From NCBI GenBank assembly GCA_963674965.2, contig CAXXFL010000004.1, positions 256,001 to 320,000 of the forward strand: a stretch of 64,000 bases of DNA, given 5' to 3'. Both the position numbers and the translations under genes were made by a program. The notes below the pieces were generated by a model that was not told where the DNA came from, searched no databases, and worked only from the letters and a program-made list of their open reading frames with translations. This stretch comes from a bacterium. GTDB lineage: Bacteria; RBG-13-61-14; DATKZS01. Below are positions 10,419-20,515 of this stretch, in pieces; positions within the stretch are counted from its first letter, which is position 1; each line of letters opens with the position of its first letter.

Positions 10419-11371
10419 GACAATTCCTCGCCTATTACCTCGAGTTCCAACTCCAGGTCCACGCCGAACCTTCGCTCTGCCTCGGCCCTCGCCAGCTCGA
10501 TCAGCTCGATCACGTCGCGAGAGCGGGCCCGGCCCCGGTTGACTATAAAGTTGGCGTGGACCTCCGATATCTGGGCGTCTCCCGCCCGCTTCCCCTTCAG
10601 CCCCGCCGCCTCGATCATCCTGCCCGCGTAGTCGTCGGCCGGGTTTTTAAAAACCGACCCCGCCGAGGGAAGGGCCAGGGGTTGAGTCTGCCGCCGCCAT
10701 TTCAGCCCCTTCACTATCCTTTCCCTTATGGCCCGGGGATCTTCCACCTTGAAGCGCAGGCCGCATCCCAGTATTACCGCCCCCGCCGGCCGCTCCAGCC
10801 TTCGGTAGGCGAATCGGGCCTCGCCCGCCTCCACCGTTTTGACCCCCTCGCCCGGGGCCAGCCACCTTATCCATTCCACCGAGTCGGCCATGCACGATCC
10901 CAGGCTCCCGGCGTTCATGACCAGGGCCCCTCCGATGGCGCCCGGAATGGCGGCCGCCCACTCGAGGCCCGAGAGGCCCAGGCTCTGGGCGCTTTTCACC
11001 ACCTTGGCTATCTTGACGCCCGCCTCGATCGCGGCCACTATGGTCCCTTCGCCGGCCCCCGCTCCCTCCTCTTGGCCGAAGTCCGCCGCCTGGAAGGCGT
11101 CGGCCAGGTTCACCAGTATCTCCTTGACCCCGCCGTCTCCCACCAGGAGGTTCGATCCCGAGCCTATGGTCCGCCAGGGAAGACCCATCTCGCCGGCCAG
11201 GTCCAGGGCGGCCTCGAGGTCGCCGATGGAGCGGGGCCATATCATGACCTCGGCCATGCCCCCGATCTTGAAGGTCGTGTACTGCTTCATGGCCACGCGC
11301 TCGGATATCCTTCCTGAGAAGCAAGGCGAGAGCCTCCGGGTGTAGGAGCCGAAATCCATCTCGAGGCTCAC
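10415..11371 (-). CDS. murB: UDP-N-acetylenolpyruvoylglucosamine reductase
   Basis: TTFKIGG, GSGSNLL, IPGAIGGALVMNAG, SAGSVFKNP, HANFIVN. Confidence 0.97.
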   Translation of the reverse strand: MSLEMDFGSYTRRLSPCFSGRISERVAMKQYTTFKIGGMAEVMIWPRSIGDLEAALDLAGEMGLPWRTIGSGSNLLVGDGGVKEILVNLADAFQAADFGQEEGAGAGEGTIVAAIEAGVKIAKVVKSAQSLGLSGLEWAAAIPGAIGGALVMNAGSLGSCMADSVEWIRWLAPGEGVKTVEAGEARFAYRRLERPAGAVILGCGLRFKVEDPRAIRERIVKGLKWRRQTQPLALPSAGSVFKNPADDYAGRMIEAAGLKGKRAGDAQISEVHANFIVNRGRARSRDVIELIELARAEAERRFGVDLELELEVIGEELS

Positions 11372-12774
11372 GACGACTCCTCCAGGACTTTCAACAGGTC
11401 CTCGCCCGCCTTGAACACGTTGCCCGCGCCCAGGGTCACCACCACGTCCTTGGCCTCGACCTCCTCGGACAGGAGGACCGCCACGTCCGAGACCTCGGGA
11501 ACGAACATGGTTTTGAGACCGCGCTCCGAGCGCCTGGCCGCGATGGCCCGGTTCAGCCCCTCGCCCGTAATACCTTTAATCGGGTCCTCGCCCGCCGGAT
11601 ATACGCGGGTCGTGACCAGAAGGTCCGCCTCGTTGAAGCTCTCGACGAACTCATCCCACAAGTCACGAGTGCGGCTGTAGCGATGGGGTTGGAAAACCAC
11701 CACCAGCCTGGCCCCGTTGGGCTCCCGCGTGGAGCGGAGATAATCCCGCGCCGCCTTCAGCGTGGCCCGGACCTCGGTGGGATGGTGGCCGTAATCGTCG
11801 ATGACGGTCACTCCGGCCGTCTCGCCCTTGATCTCGAAGCGCCGTCCCACGCCGGAGAACTCGTGCAGGCCGGCCGCCGCCTTGGCGGGGGCTACCCCCA
11901 ACTCGTAGGCCACGGCCAGGGCCGCCGCGGCGTTGACCGCGTTGTGCTCGCCCGGCACGCCCAGCCTGATCTTGCCGATTCCCTCGCCCTGCCTGACCAC
12001 CAGGAACTCGCACCCGCCGCCGGCGCAGCGGAGGTCCGCCGCCCGGACGTCGGCGTCTCCCGAGGTACCGTAGGTGACGACGCGCCTCTTGATCCTGGGT
12101 ATGAGGGACCTGGTCACCTTGTCGTCCACGCAGGCCACCACCAGCCCGTAAAAGGGGACCCTGTTGGTGAACTCGACGAAGGCGTCGTGCAGGTTATCGA
12201 GCGTTCCGTAGTGCTCCATGTGCTCGCGGTCCACGTTGGTTATGACCGCCACCGTGGGAGCGAGGTGCAGGAAGCTGCCGTCGGACTCGTCGGCCTCGGC
12301 CACCATCCACTCGCCGCCTCCCAGCTTGGCGTTGGAGCCGAAGATGTTGAGCTTCCCGCCGATGATGGCGGTGGGGTCCATGCCCGACTTGGTGAGTATG
12401 GCCGCGATCATCGAGGTGGTGGTGGTCTTGCCGTGGGTCCCGGCCACGGCGACGCCTCTTTTCATCCTCATAATCTCAGAGAGCATCTCGGCCCTGGGTA
12501 TGACGGGAATGCCGGCGTAGCGGGCCGCCACCACCTCGGGGTTGTCGGGCTTGACCGCCGAGCTGATCACTACCACGTCGGCGTGGGTCAGGTTGGCGGA
12601 GTCGTGCCCCACGTGAACGACGCCTCCCAGGGAGCGCAGTCTCTCGGTGATGGGACTCTCCCGAAGGTCGGACCCGCTCACGGAAAACCCGAGGTTCAAG
12701 AGGACCTCGGCGATGCCGCTCATGCCGATCCCGCCGATGCCGACGAAGTGAACGTCTTTCACCCAGTTCTTCAT
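11368..12774 (-). CDS. murC: UDP-N-acetylmuramate-L-alanine ligase
   Basis: GIGGIGMSG, AGTHGKTTT, EADESD, DDYGHHPTE, FQPHRYSRT. Confidence 0.98.
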   Translation of the reverse strand: MKNWVKDVHFVGIGGIGMSGIAEVLLNLGFSVSGSDLRESPITERLRSLGGVVHVGHDSANLTHADVVVISSAVKPDNPEVVAARYAGIPVIPRAEMLSEIMRMKRGVAVAGTHGKTTTTSMIAAILTKSGMDPTAIIGGKLNIFGSNAKLGGGEWMVAEADESDGSFLHLAPTVAVITNVDREHMEHYGTLDNLHDAFVEFTNRVPFYGLVVACVDDKVTRSLIPRIKRRVVTYGTSGDADVRAADLRCAGGGCEFLVVRQGEGIGKIRLGVPGEHNAVNAAAALAVAYELGVAPAKAAAGLHEFSGVGRRFEIKGETAGVTVIDDYGHHPTEVRATLKAARDYLRSTREPNGARLVVVFQPHRYSRTRDLWDEFVESFNEADLLVTTRVYPAGEDPIKGITGEGLNRAIAARRSERGLKTMFVPEVSDVAVLLSEEVEAKDVVVTLGAGNVFKAGEDLLKVLEESS

Positions 12775-12781
12775 TGGCCGC

Positions 12782-13933
12782 TTACTCGATTTCCTTTCCG
12801 GCCGCCCGGTCCCGGCTTTTTGCCAGCTCGAGCAGCCCCTCCACCACCGTCCGCGCCGCCTCAGGCCTGGCCACGCGCCGGGCCGCCTGACTCATTTTAC
12901 CGCGTTTTTCCTTGTCCCGGATAATGTCGATCAGGGCCTCGGCCAGTTCCGCGCCCCCTATCTCGGACTCCCTGAACATGAGGGCCGCCCCCTCCGCCAC
13001 CAGGGCCTGGGCGTTTCTCGCCTGATGGTCGGCGGTGGCGTGGGGAAAAGGGACCAGGATCGAGGGTAGGCCCGCCAGCGCTATCTCGGCCGCGGCCCCG
13101 GCTCCGGCCCTGCTGACTATCACGTCGGCCCAGGCGTAGGCCCCCGCCATGTCGTTGATAAAGGCGTCCACTTTAGCCTCGAGGCCGATCTCCTTATACC
13201 TCGAGACAACCTCCTCCCTCGCGCTCTCGCCCGTCTGGTGGCGGAGCTCGATCGAGTCCCTGGCCTCGCCGTCCATGGCGGCCATCGCCTCGATCATCAG
13301 CCGGTTAAGACCTTTGGCCCCCTGGCTTCCTCCCACCACCAGCACCTTGGCCTTGCCCTCGCCGCGGCCTTTTTCAGCCGCTTTTCCCGCCTCGAGGATG
13401 GCCCGGGTTATCTCCCGCCGGACGGGGTTGCCCGAGACGACGACCCGCCCCCTCCTCCGGGCCGAGGCGAACCGGTCGGCGGCGGCGGGGACCCCCAGGA
13501 AAACCTTTTGCGCCAGGCGGCCAAGTATTTTGTTCGTCGCGCCCGGCTCAGCGTTCTGCTCCTGGATGGCGCAGGGGACCCTCATCAGCCAGGCGGCCAG
13601 GACGGCGGGACCGCTCACGTATCCGCCCACTCCCAGGGCCACGTGGGGCTTGAACCTTCTCACCACCCGGACCGCGTCGAGCACGGACAAAGGCACGGTC
13701 GCGACGGCCTTGATCCTCGCCGCTCCGCCCGTTCCCGCTATCCCCGCGGACCTTATTACCGCGAGGTCGAACCCGGCCTCGGGCGCCTTGCGGGCCTCGA
13801 TTCCCCTCTCGGTGCCCACGAAGAGGACCCGGCCGTTCTCGACCATGGCCATGAACTCGGACGCGACGGCCAGGGCGGGAAAGAAATGTCCTCCCGTCCC
13901 GCCTCCCGCGATCAGCAGCCTTACCCCGTTCAT
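12782..13933 (-). CDS. murG: Lipid II GlcNAc transferase MurG
   Basis: AGGGTGGHFFPA, GGYVS, EQN, GNPVR, GGSQGA. Start at ATG 13933 overlapping the ftsW stop. Confidence 0.97.
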   Translation of the reverse strand: MNGVRLLIAGGGTGGHFFPALAVASEFMAMVENGRVLFVGTERGIEARKAPEAGFDLAVIRSAGIAGTGGAARIKAVATVPLSVLDAVRVVRRFKPHVALGVGGYVSGPAVLAAWLMRVPCAIQEQNAEPGATNKILGRLAQKVFLGVPAAADRFASARRRGRVVVSGNPVRREITRAILEAGKAAEKGRGEGKAKVLVVGGSQGAKGLNRLMIEAMAAMDGEARDSIELRHQTGESAREEVVSRYKEIGLEAKVDAFINDMAGAYAWADVIVSRAGAGAAAEIALAGLPSILVPFPHATADHQARNAQALVAEGAALMFRESEIGGAELAEALIDIIRDKEKRGKMSQAARRVARPEAARTVVEGLLELAKSRDRAAGKEIE

Positions 13934-15045
13934 GTCCTCGTCCTGTACATCTTGGCCGAAACGTTCAAAAGCACGCCCATGGCGGCCATGTTCATGATAA
14001 GGGCCGAGCCCCCGTGGCTCACGAAGGGCAGCACCAGTCCCTTGGTGGGCAAAAGTCCCATGACCACCATCATGTTGATAATGGCCGGCGCGGCGATCAT
14101 GGCCGTGATCCCGAAGGCCAGGTACGCGCCGTAGAGGCTCGAGGCCCGAAAGGACACCATGGAACCCCTGACGACGATGGCCACGAAAAGCCCGAGCACC
14201 GCCATTACGCCCACGAAGCCCAGTTCCTCGCCGATGGCGGCCAGGATGAAGTCCGTGTGCGCGTCGGGAAGATAAAGCAGCTTCTGCCTTCCCTCTCCAA
14301 GCCCGACGCCGGTCAATCCGCCCGAGCCGAAGGCCAGGATCGACTGGACCAGGTGCCATCCCTCGTCCCGCCAGTACTTCCAGGGGTTGACGGTCGCCAG
14401 GAGGCGGTCCCACCTGTACTCGGTGGAGATCAGGAAATAAAAGACGGCCGGGACCGAGGCCCCCGCCACCGCGGCCAGGTGCCAGAACCTGGCGCCCGCC
14501 ACGAAGAGCATGATCATCATGATGATCCCGATGGTCACGGCCCCACCCAGGTCCCGCTCGAGCAGGATAAGGAGCATGAGGATTCCCGAGACGATGAGAT
14601 AGGGAAGCACGCCCAGCTTGAAGCCCCTCATGGACTCCTTTTTTTTCTCCAGGGAATGGGCCAGGTAAATCACCAGGGCTATCCTCGCCGTCTCGGAGGG
14701 CTGAATGCCGTAGCCGAAGAACCTTATCCAGCGCCTTCCTCCCCTCACCTCCGTCCCGATCCCGGGGATGAGGACGAGAAGGAGAAGGAACATGCAAAGT
14801 CCGAGCAAGGGCCAGGCCAGGCGCCGGAGCTTCTCGTGGTTAACGTGCATGACCGCCAGCATCACGGCCATGCCAATGGCCGCGAACACGAGCTGGCGCT
14901 CGAGGAAATAGGTGCTCTTGATCTTCAGCACCCTCTCGGCCGAGATGGAGCTGGTGCTGTAGATCATAACCACCCCGATCCCCAGCAGGCAGACCGTGGA
15001 CAGGATCAGCCACTTGTCGAACCTGAGGTTACGCTCAATCCACAT
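13930..15045 (-). CDS. ftsW: SEDS peptidoglycan polymerase FtsW
   Basis: Multi-TM; RRWI..IQPSE, YLPDAHTDFI, GEELG, LLPTKGLVLPFVSHGGS. Confidence 0.97.
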   Translation of the reverse strand: MWIERNLRFDKWLILSTVCLLGIGVVMIYSTSSISAERVLKIKSTYFLERQLVFAAIGMAVMLAVMHVNHEKLRRLAWPLLGLCMFLLLLVLIPGIGTEVRGGRRWIRFFGYGIQPSETARIALVIYLAHSLEKKKESMRGFKLGVLPYLIVSGILMLLILLERDLGGAVTIGIIMMIMLFVAGARFWHLAAVAGASVPAVFYFLISTEYRWDRLLATVNPWKYWRDEGWHLVQSILAFGSGGLTGVGLGEGRQKLLYLPDAHTDFILAAIGEELGFVGVMAVLGLFVAIVVRGSMVSFRASSLYGAYLAFGITAMIAAPAIINMMVVMGLLPTKGLVLPFVSHGGSALIMNMAAMGVLLNVSAKMYRTRT

Positions 15046-16399
15046 TCCTCAGCCCCTTCACGAGATCGACGAACCGATCTCCCCTGTCCTTGTAGTTCTT
15101 GAACTGGTCGAAGCTGGCGCAGCCCGGCGCGAGAACGACCGAGTCACCCGCCCCGGCCTCTCTTTTCGCCCCCTCCAGGGCGTGGGCCAGGTCCTTTACC
15201 GTCCTGACCTCGAGGTCGCCGCCCATCTCGGAGGCTATCTGGGACGAGGCCTCGCCGAAGGCGAAAACCAGCCTCGTCCTGGACGCCAGTCTTTCCCCCA
15301 GCCCTTTAAACGAGCAACCCTTGGATTGTCCTCCCATGAGCAGGATCACCGGGCCCTCGAGTCCCGAAACGCAGGCCTCGACCGCGCCCGAGTTGGTGGC
15401 CTTCGAGTCGTTGAAATACTTTACCCCCTCTATCTCGTCCACCATGGACATGCGGTGGGCCAGTCCCACGAAGCTCGCCAGCGCCCGGCGAGCGGACGCC
15501 GGGTCGGCCCCCAGGGCGTCGGCGGCCAACAGGGCGGCCATGACGTTATAAAGGTTATGCCTTCCGTGGAGCGGGACCTCGGAGACGGGTATCTTGCGGA
15601 GCAGCTCTCCTTCCTTATACCACTCGAGGTCGTCTCCCGCGGCCCTCATTCCGCTTACGGGCTTCTGGCCGAAGCCAAAGGTCAGTTTCCGGGCGGCGAT
15701 CTTTTCCGTCAGTTTCACGACCTCCTCGTCGTCCGCGTTGATAACGGCCGCGTCGTCCTTTTCCTGGTTGGCGAAAATCCTCATCTTGGTCTCGAAGTAC
15801 TCGCTCTGGTCCCCGTACCTGTCCAGGTGGTCGGCGGTCAGGTTCAAAAGCACGGCCACGTTGGGCGAGAACTCGCTCGCGAACTCGAGTTGAAAAGACG
15901 AGACCTCGACCACGGCCGCCTCGACGCTATCCGCCCTGGCCGCCATCTCGGTGAGCGGCGTCCCGAGGTTCCCGCCCATGAAGACCTTGTCCGGCCCTAG
16001 GCTTTCCTCCAGAATCCGTCCGGTCAGCGTCACGGTGGTGCTCTTGCCGTTGGTGCCCGTGACCGCGATCATGGGCGCCTTGATAAACCTGGAGGCCAGC
16101 TCGAGCTCGGAGAGCACGGGCTTGCCGGCGGCCTCGGCCTTTATCAGGGCCGGCAAGTGCTTGGGCACGCCGGGGCTGACCACTATCAGGTCGGCGTCCT
16201 CGAGGGCGGACCAGGGATGGCCGCCGAGCACGAGCGAGGCTCCCATGCTCACCAGCTCGTCAAGCCGGCGGTCCAGCTCGGCGGGACTTTTGGCGTCGTT
16301 GGCCAGCACGAGGGCCCCCTTTTGGATAAGGAACCTTGCCGCCGCCGTTCCCGAGTCGGCCAGTCCGACCACCGTAACTTTTTTTCCCGCCAGGTCCAT
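15035..16399 (-). CDS. murD: UDP-MurNAc-L-Ala-D-glutamate ligase
   Basis: VVSPGV, TGTNGKSTT, EVSSFQL, NDSKATN, PGCASFDQF. Start at ATG 16399. Confidence 0.97.
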   Translation of the reverse strand: MDLAGKKVTVVGLADSGTAAARFLIQKGALVLANDAKSPAELDRRLDELVSMGASLVLGGHPWSALEDADLIVVSPGVPKHLPALIKAEAAGKPVLSELELASRFIKAPMIAVTGTNGKSTTVTLTGRILEESLGPDKVFMGGNLGTPLTEMAARADSVEAAVVEVSSFQLEFASEFSPNVAVLLNLTADHLDRYGDQSEYFETKMRIFANQEKDDAAVINADDEEVVKLTEKIAARKLTFGFGQKPVSGMRAAGDDLEWYKEGELLRKIPVSEVPLHGRHNLYNVMAALLAADALGADPASARRALASFVGLAHRMSMVDEIEGVKYFNDSKATNSGAVEACVSGLEGPVILLMGGQSKGCSFKGLGERLASRTRLVFAFGEASSQIASEMGGDLEVRTVKDLAHALEGAKREAGAGDSVVLAPGCASFDQFKNYKDRGDRFVDLVKGLRNVD

Positions 16400-16404
16400 C
16401 CCGA

Positions 16405-17508
16405 CTACCTCAGCTTGAGCGTGGCCAGCGCGAAGAGGACGAGCAGAATCTGCACGATCCAGAATCGCACGATCACTTTTTCCTCGTGCCACCCCTTTTG
16501 CTCGAAGTGGTGGTGGAGAGGGGCCATCATGAAAATCCTTTTGCCTCCCGTGGCCTTGAAATATCCCACCTGGAGGATCACCGACAGGGTCTCGGCCACG
16601 AATATTCCGCCGGCGATGAGGAGTATGAACTCGTGCTTGGTGGCCACGGCCACGCATCCCAGGGCCCCTCCCAGGCTGAGCGCCCCCACGTCTCCCATGA
16701 AGACCTCGGCCGGGTGACAGTTGTACCAGAGGAACCCTAGACCGGCGCCCATCAGCGCCCCGCAGAAGACCGTCAATTCCTCGGCCCCGTAAATAAAGGG
16801 GATATAAAGGTAGGCCGAGGCGTCGGTCCTGGCCGCCAGGTAGGCGATGGCCGCGTAGGTCATGGCCACCATGATGACCGGAAAAATGGCCAGCCCGTCC
16901 AGCCCGTCCGTCAGGTTGACCGAGTTGGCCCCGGAAAGCAGGACCACGAGGGCGAACACGAGGTAGAAGGCCCCCAGGTCGGGCGCCAGTTCCTTGAAAA
17001 AGGGGAACCGGAGGACGGTGTCGAACCCGCCCGAGTCGCCCGGCATGTCGTTGGCTGCGTAGGCCATGAACAGTATGGCCGCCAGTCCAATGACCGCCTC
17101 GAGCACGATCTTGTATTTTCCGCTCAGTCCTCCCGAGTCCTTGCGCTTGATTTTCATGTAGTCGTCGGCGAAGCCCACGGCCCCGTACCCGACGGCCACT
17201 ATTAATACGGCGATGAGGTAGACGTTGCCCACGTCGGCCCACAAAAGGGTCGAGGCCACGATCGATCCGACTATGAAGACCCCTCCCATGGTGGGCGTGC
17301 CGGCCTTGCTGAGGTGGGTCTCGGGCCCGTCGTCCCTTATAACCTGTCCGACCTTCATCTCGGCCAGCCGCCTGATGACCCTGGGCCCGGCGAGCACGGC
17401 GATTATAAAGGACGTGAACATGGCCAGTCCCGACCGAACGGTCACGTACCCGAACACGTTGAAGAACGAGTCGAGCCACACGAGCTTTGTCAGTAAGTAA
17501 AATAGCAT
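16405..17508 (-). CDS. mraY: Phospho-MurNAc-pentapeptide transferase
   Basis: KAGTPTMGG, NLTDGLDGL, FMGDVG, MAPLHHHFE. Confidence 0.98.
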   Translation of the reverse strand: MLFYLLTKLVWLDSFFNVFGYVTVRSGLAMFTSFIIAVLAGPRVIRRLAEMKVGQVIRDDGPETHLSKAGTPTMGGVFIVGSIVASTLLWADVGNVYLIAVLIVAVGYGAVGFADDYMKIKRKDSGGLSGKYKIVLEAVIGLAAILFMAYAANDMPGDSGGFDTVLRFPFFKELAPDLGAFYLVFALVVLLSGANSVNLTDGLDGLAIFPVIMVAMTYAAIAYLAARTDASAYLYIPFIYGAEELTVFCGALMGAGLGFLWYNCHPAEVFMGDVGALSLGGALGCVAVATKHEFILLIAGGIFVAETLSVILQVGYFKATGGKRIFMMAPLHHHFEQKGWHEEKVIVRFWIVQILLVLFALATLKLR

Positions 17509-17514
17509 CCTATC

Positions 17515-18933
17515 TCATCCGGCGATCGCCCTGGCGACCTCCTCCATTTTCATCGACCTCGAGCCCTTGACCAGGACCCAGTCTCCGCCCCGAAGGCTCC
17601 GGCGCAGGACCTCGATGGCCCGGCCGTTGTCCTTGACCGCCATCACCCCGTTCTTTTCGGCGCCCGCCTCGATCGCCGCCTCCACCATGGCCTCCGAGTG
17701 GGGGCCCCTGGCGATCAGAAGCTCGACCCCCGTCTCGGCCGCCTTTTTGCCGATGGCCCGGTGGTATTTCTCCGCGTCCTTGCCCAGCTCGAGCATGGAG
17801 CCAAGGACCGCCACGCCCCTCATGGGTCCCCGCCACCACTTCATGGTCTCGAGGGCGTCCTCGACCGAGGCCGGGCTGGCGTTGTAAAAATCGTTTATTA
17901 CCAGCACTCCCTTTTTCGAGCGCGTGACCTCGCCCCTTCCGGGCACTCCCTTGAATCCCCGGAGCCGCTCGCTGGCCGTCTGGAGGGACACTCCCATGGC
18001 CCCGGCCAGGGCGCAGGCGGCCAGGGCGTTGATCGCGTTGCTGGGAGATAGGGTCCAGAGTTTGAACTCGACGGTCTTTCCCGTCTTGCGGGTCCCTTTT
18101 CTCCTGGAGATGGCGAACCTGACCATGGGTTTTCCGCCGCGGACCTCCTTTTCGACCCGCTCGAGAAGCAGCCATTCTCCCTTGAACGCCGCGTCTTGCC
18201 TGGCGCTATAACCGACGATTTTGCCCTTGAATCGCTTGGCCTTTCGCTCGATCAGGCGGTCGTCGAGGTTAAGGATGAAGGTCGAGTCGCCGGACAGTCC
18301 GTTTATCATTTCCGCCTTGGCCCTGGCCACGCCCTCGATCGATCCCAGCCCCTCGAGGTGGGCCGGGGCTATCCTGGTGATGAGTCCCACTTCGGGCCTG
18401 GCTATCTCGACGAGCCTGGCGATCTCTCCCGGCTCGTTCATTCCCATCTCGAGCACCGCGAAGTCGTGGCTCCCGTTGAGCCTGAAAACGGTCAGGGGCA
18501 GTCCCACCCCGTTATTGAAGTTGCCCTCGTTCTTCAGGGTCCTTCCCGCTCCCGAGAGGATGGCGGCGGCCATTTCCTTGGTGGTGGTCTTGGCCACGGA
18601 CCCGGTGATCGCCGCGACCCTGGGGGAGTGGGAAGCCAAGTGATACGCCGCCAGGTCGCCCAGGGCCTTGAGGGCGTCGCCGACCTCGACCAGCGTCAAG
18701 CCGGCGGGGACCTTCTTGCCTCCCTTTTCCGCCAGCATCCAGGCCGCTCCCGCCTCGAGCGCTTTCCGGGCGAAGTCGCGCCCGTCGAACCTTTCGCCCC
18801 TGAGCGCCACGAAGGCGTCTTTCGGCTTCATGGTCCGCGTGTCGGTGGACACGCCCCTGGCCGTCCGGCCGGGATCGCCGCTCACGAGCTTTCCTCCCAC
18901 GATACTGGCCGCCTTTTTCGCCGTCAGCTTCAT
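17515..18933 (-). CDS. murF: UDP-MurNAc-tripeptide-D-Ala-D-Ala ligase
   Basis: NFNNGVGLPLT, LEMGM, AHLEGLGS, YNASPAS, LVKGSR. Confidence 0.97.
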   Translation of the reverse strand: MKLTAKKAASIVGGKLVSGDPGRTARGVSTDTRTMKPKDAFVALRGERFDGRDFARKALEAGAAWMLAEKGGKKVPAGLTLVEVGDALKALGDLAAYHLASHSPRVAAITGSVAKTTTKEMAAAILSGAGRTLKNEGNFNNGVGLPLTVFRLNGSHDFAVLEMGMNEPGEIARLVEIARPEVGLITRIAPAHLEGLGSIEGVARAKAEMINGLSGDSTFILNLDDRLIERKAKRFKGKIVGYSARQDAAFKGEWLLLERVEKEVRGGKPMVRFAISRRKGTRKTGKTVEFKLWTLSPSNAINALAACALAGAMGVSLQTASERLRGFKGVPGRGEVTRSKKGVLVINDFYNASPASVEDALETMKWWRGPMRGVAVLGSMLELGKDAEKYHRAIGKKAAETGVELLIARGPHSEAMVEAAIEAGAEKNGVMAVKDNGRAIEVLRRSLRGGDWVLVKGSRSMKMEEVARAIAG

Positions 18934-20513
18934 TTTCTTTCCTTTTCCATCAGAGCGAGGCGGGCCTCCTCACGGTCGTCGAAGTGGGTCTTCTCGCCTC
19001 CAATTATCTGATAGTCCTCGTGTCCCTTCCCGGCTATCAAAACGATATCGCCGGGCTCGGCCGCCTGGATGGCGGCGCGTATGGCCTTCCTCCGGTCGGG
19101 CTCGACCAGGCGTTCCCCCGGGGTCGGTCCATCTTCCCTTTTTCCCCGCCTGACCGCTCCCTGGTCCTTGTCCTTTTTCTCCGCCAACTCCCTGATCCCG
19201 GCCATGACGTCCTCGATTATCTTGTCCGGGTCCTCGGTGCGCGGATTGTCCGAGGTAACCACGGTCAGGTTCGAGCCGCATACCGCGATCTTGCCCATCT
19301 CCGGCCTCTTGCCGGGATCGCGGTCCCCGCCGCATCCGAAAACGGTGATAAGCCTCTTCCTCGCCAGGCCCCGGCAGGTCTCGACCGCGTGGGAGAGAGC
19401 GTCGGGGGTGTGAGCGTAATCGACCAGGACGGTGACGCCGGACGAGTTTTCGACGGGCTCGAGTCTGCCCGGGACCTTCTTCAGTTCCCTGACGCCCATC
19501 CTGATCGTCTCCGGGCTTATGCCCCGGCCGATAAGGATCGAGACGGCCGCCAGGATATTCTCCAGGTTGTGCTCCCCCACCAGTCTCGACTCGATATTGA
19601 ACTCGGCGTCCCCGGACTCGATCCTGGCCTTGATACCGCCGCTGGAGATATCGACGTTCTTGGCCTTAACTTTGGCCCAGGCCGAGGTCAGTCCGTAGCC
19701 GAGGTAGCCGGTAGCGTTCTTTTCCATCTCGAGGGCAAGGGCCGTTCCCCTGGGGTCGTCCAGGTTCAGCGCCGCCAGGGGCTCGGGCCCGTCCTTTTCC
19801 GAGACCTCGGCCCACTTCCCGAGTATGACCTCGGTGAAGAGCTTTTTCTTGGCCTCGAAGTACTCGTCCATGTCCGCGTGATAATCGAGATGGTCCCGCG
19901 AGAGGTTGGTGAAAACGGCGCTCCTTATTTTCATCCCGGCCACGCGTTTTTGATCGAGGGCATGGGAGCTTATTTCCATAACCACGTGGGTGGCCCCCTC
20001 CCTTTGGACCTCCTCCATTATCTTGATCAAATCCATCGACTCGGGCGTGGTGTTGTCGGCCGGCCACGCCTTGTTTCCAAACCTGTACTCGATCGTCCCG
20101 ATGACGGCTGGTTTCTTTCCGGCGCTTTTCAGGATGGACTCGATGAGATAGGTGACGGTGGTCTTTCCGTTCGTTCCCGTCACCCCGATGATATCGAGCT
20201 TGAGATCGGGTCGTCCATACATCCTGGCGGCGGCCATGCCCATGACGAGTCTCACGTCCTCGGCCACCGCGACGGGAACGCCCAGTCCCTCGAGGGGCCG
20301 GGAGGCCAGGACGGCCGCGGCCCCGGCCCGGACGGCCACGGCGGCGAACTCGGAGCCGTCCACCTTGGTCCCGGGCACGGCCACGAACAGGTCGTCCTTT
20401 TCCACCCGTCTCGAGTCGCGGCATATCCCTCCCACCAGGATCTCGGACCCGACCTGATTCTTGATCCCGGGCAGTCCCTCCAGGAGGACGTCGAGCCTTA
20501 CCTTGCCTTCCAT
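18930..20513 (-). CDS. murE: UDP-MurNAc-dipeptide-meso-DAP ligase
   Basis: TGTNGKTT, NTTPES, MEISSH, DYAHTPD, GCGGDRD and the DAP-specific DNPR motif. Start ATG 20513 (or GTG 20519). Confidence 0.97.
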   Translation of the reverse strand: MEGKVRLDVLLEGLPGIKNQVGSEILVGGICRDSRRVEKDDLFVAVPGTKVDGSEFAAVAVRAGAAAVLASRPLEGLGVPVAVAEDVRLVMGMAAARMYGRPDLKLDIIGVTGTNGKTTVTYLIESILKSAGKKPAVIGTIEYRFGNKAWPADNTTPESMDLIKIMEEVQREGATHVVMEISSHALDQKRVAGMKIRSAVFTNLSRDHLDYHADMDEYFEAKKKLFTEVILGKWAEVSEKDGPEPLAALNLDDPRGTALALEMEKNATGYLGYGLTSAWAKVKAKNVDISSGGIKARIESGDAEFNIESRLVGEHNLENILAAVSILIGRGISPETIRMGVRELKKVPGRLEPVENSSGVTVLVDYAHTPDALSHAVETCRGLARKRLITVFGCGGDRDPGKRPEMGKIAVCGSNLTVVTSDNPRTEDPDKIIEDVMAGIRELAEKKDKDQGAVRRGKREDGPTPGERLVEPDRRKAIRAAIQAAEPGDIVLIAGKGHEDYQIIGGEKTHFDDREEARLALMEKERK

Positions 20514-20515
20514 TT

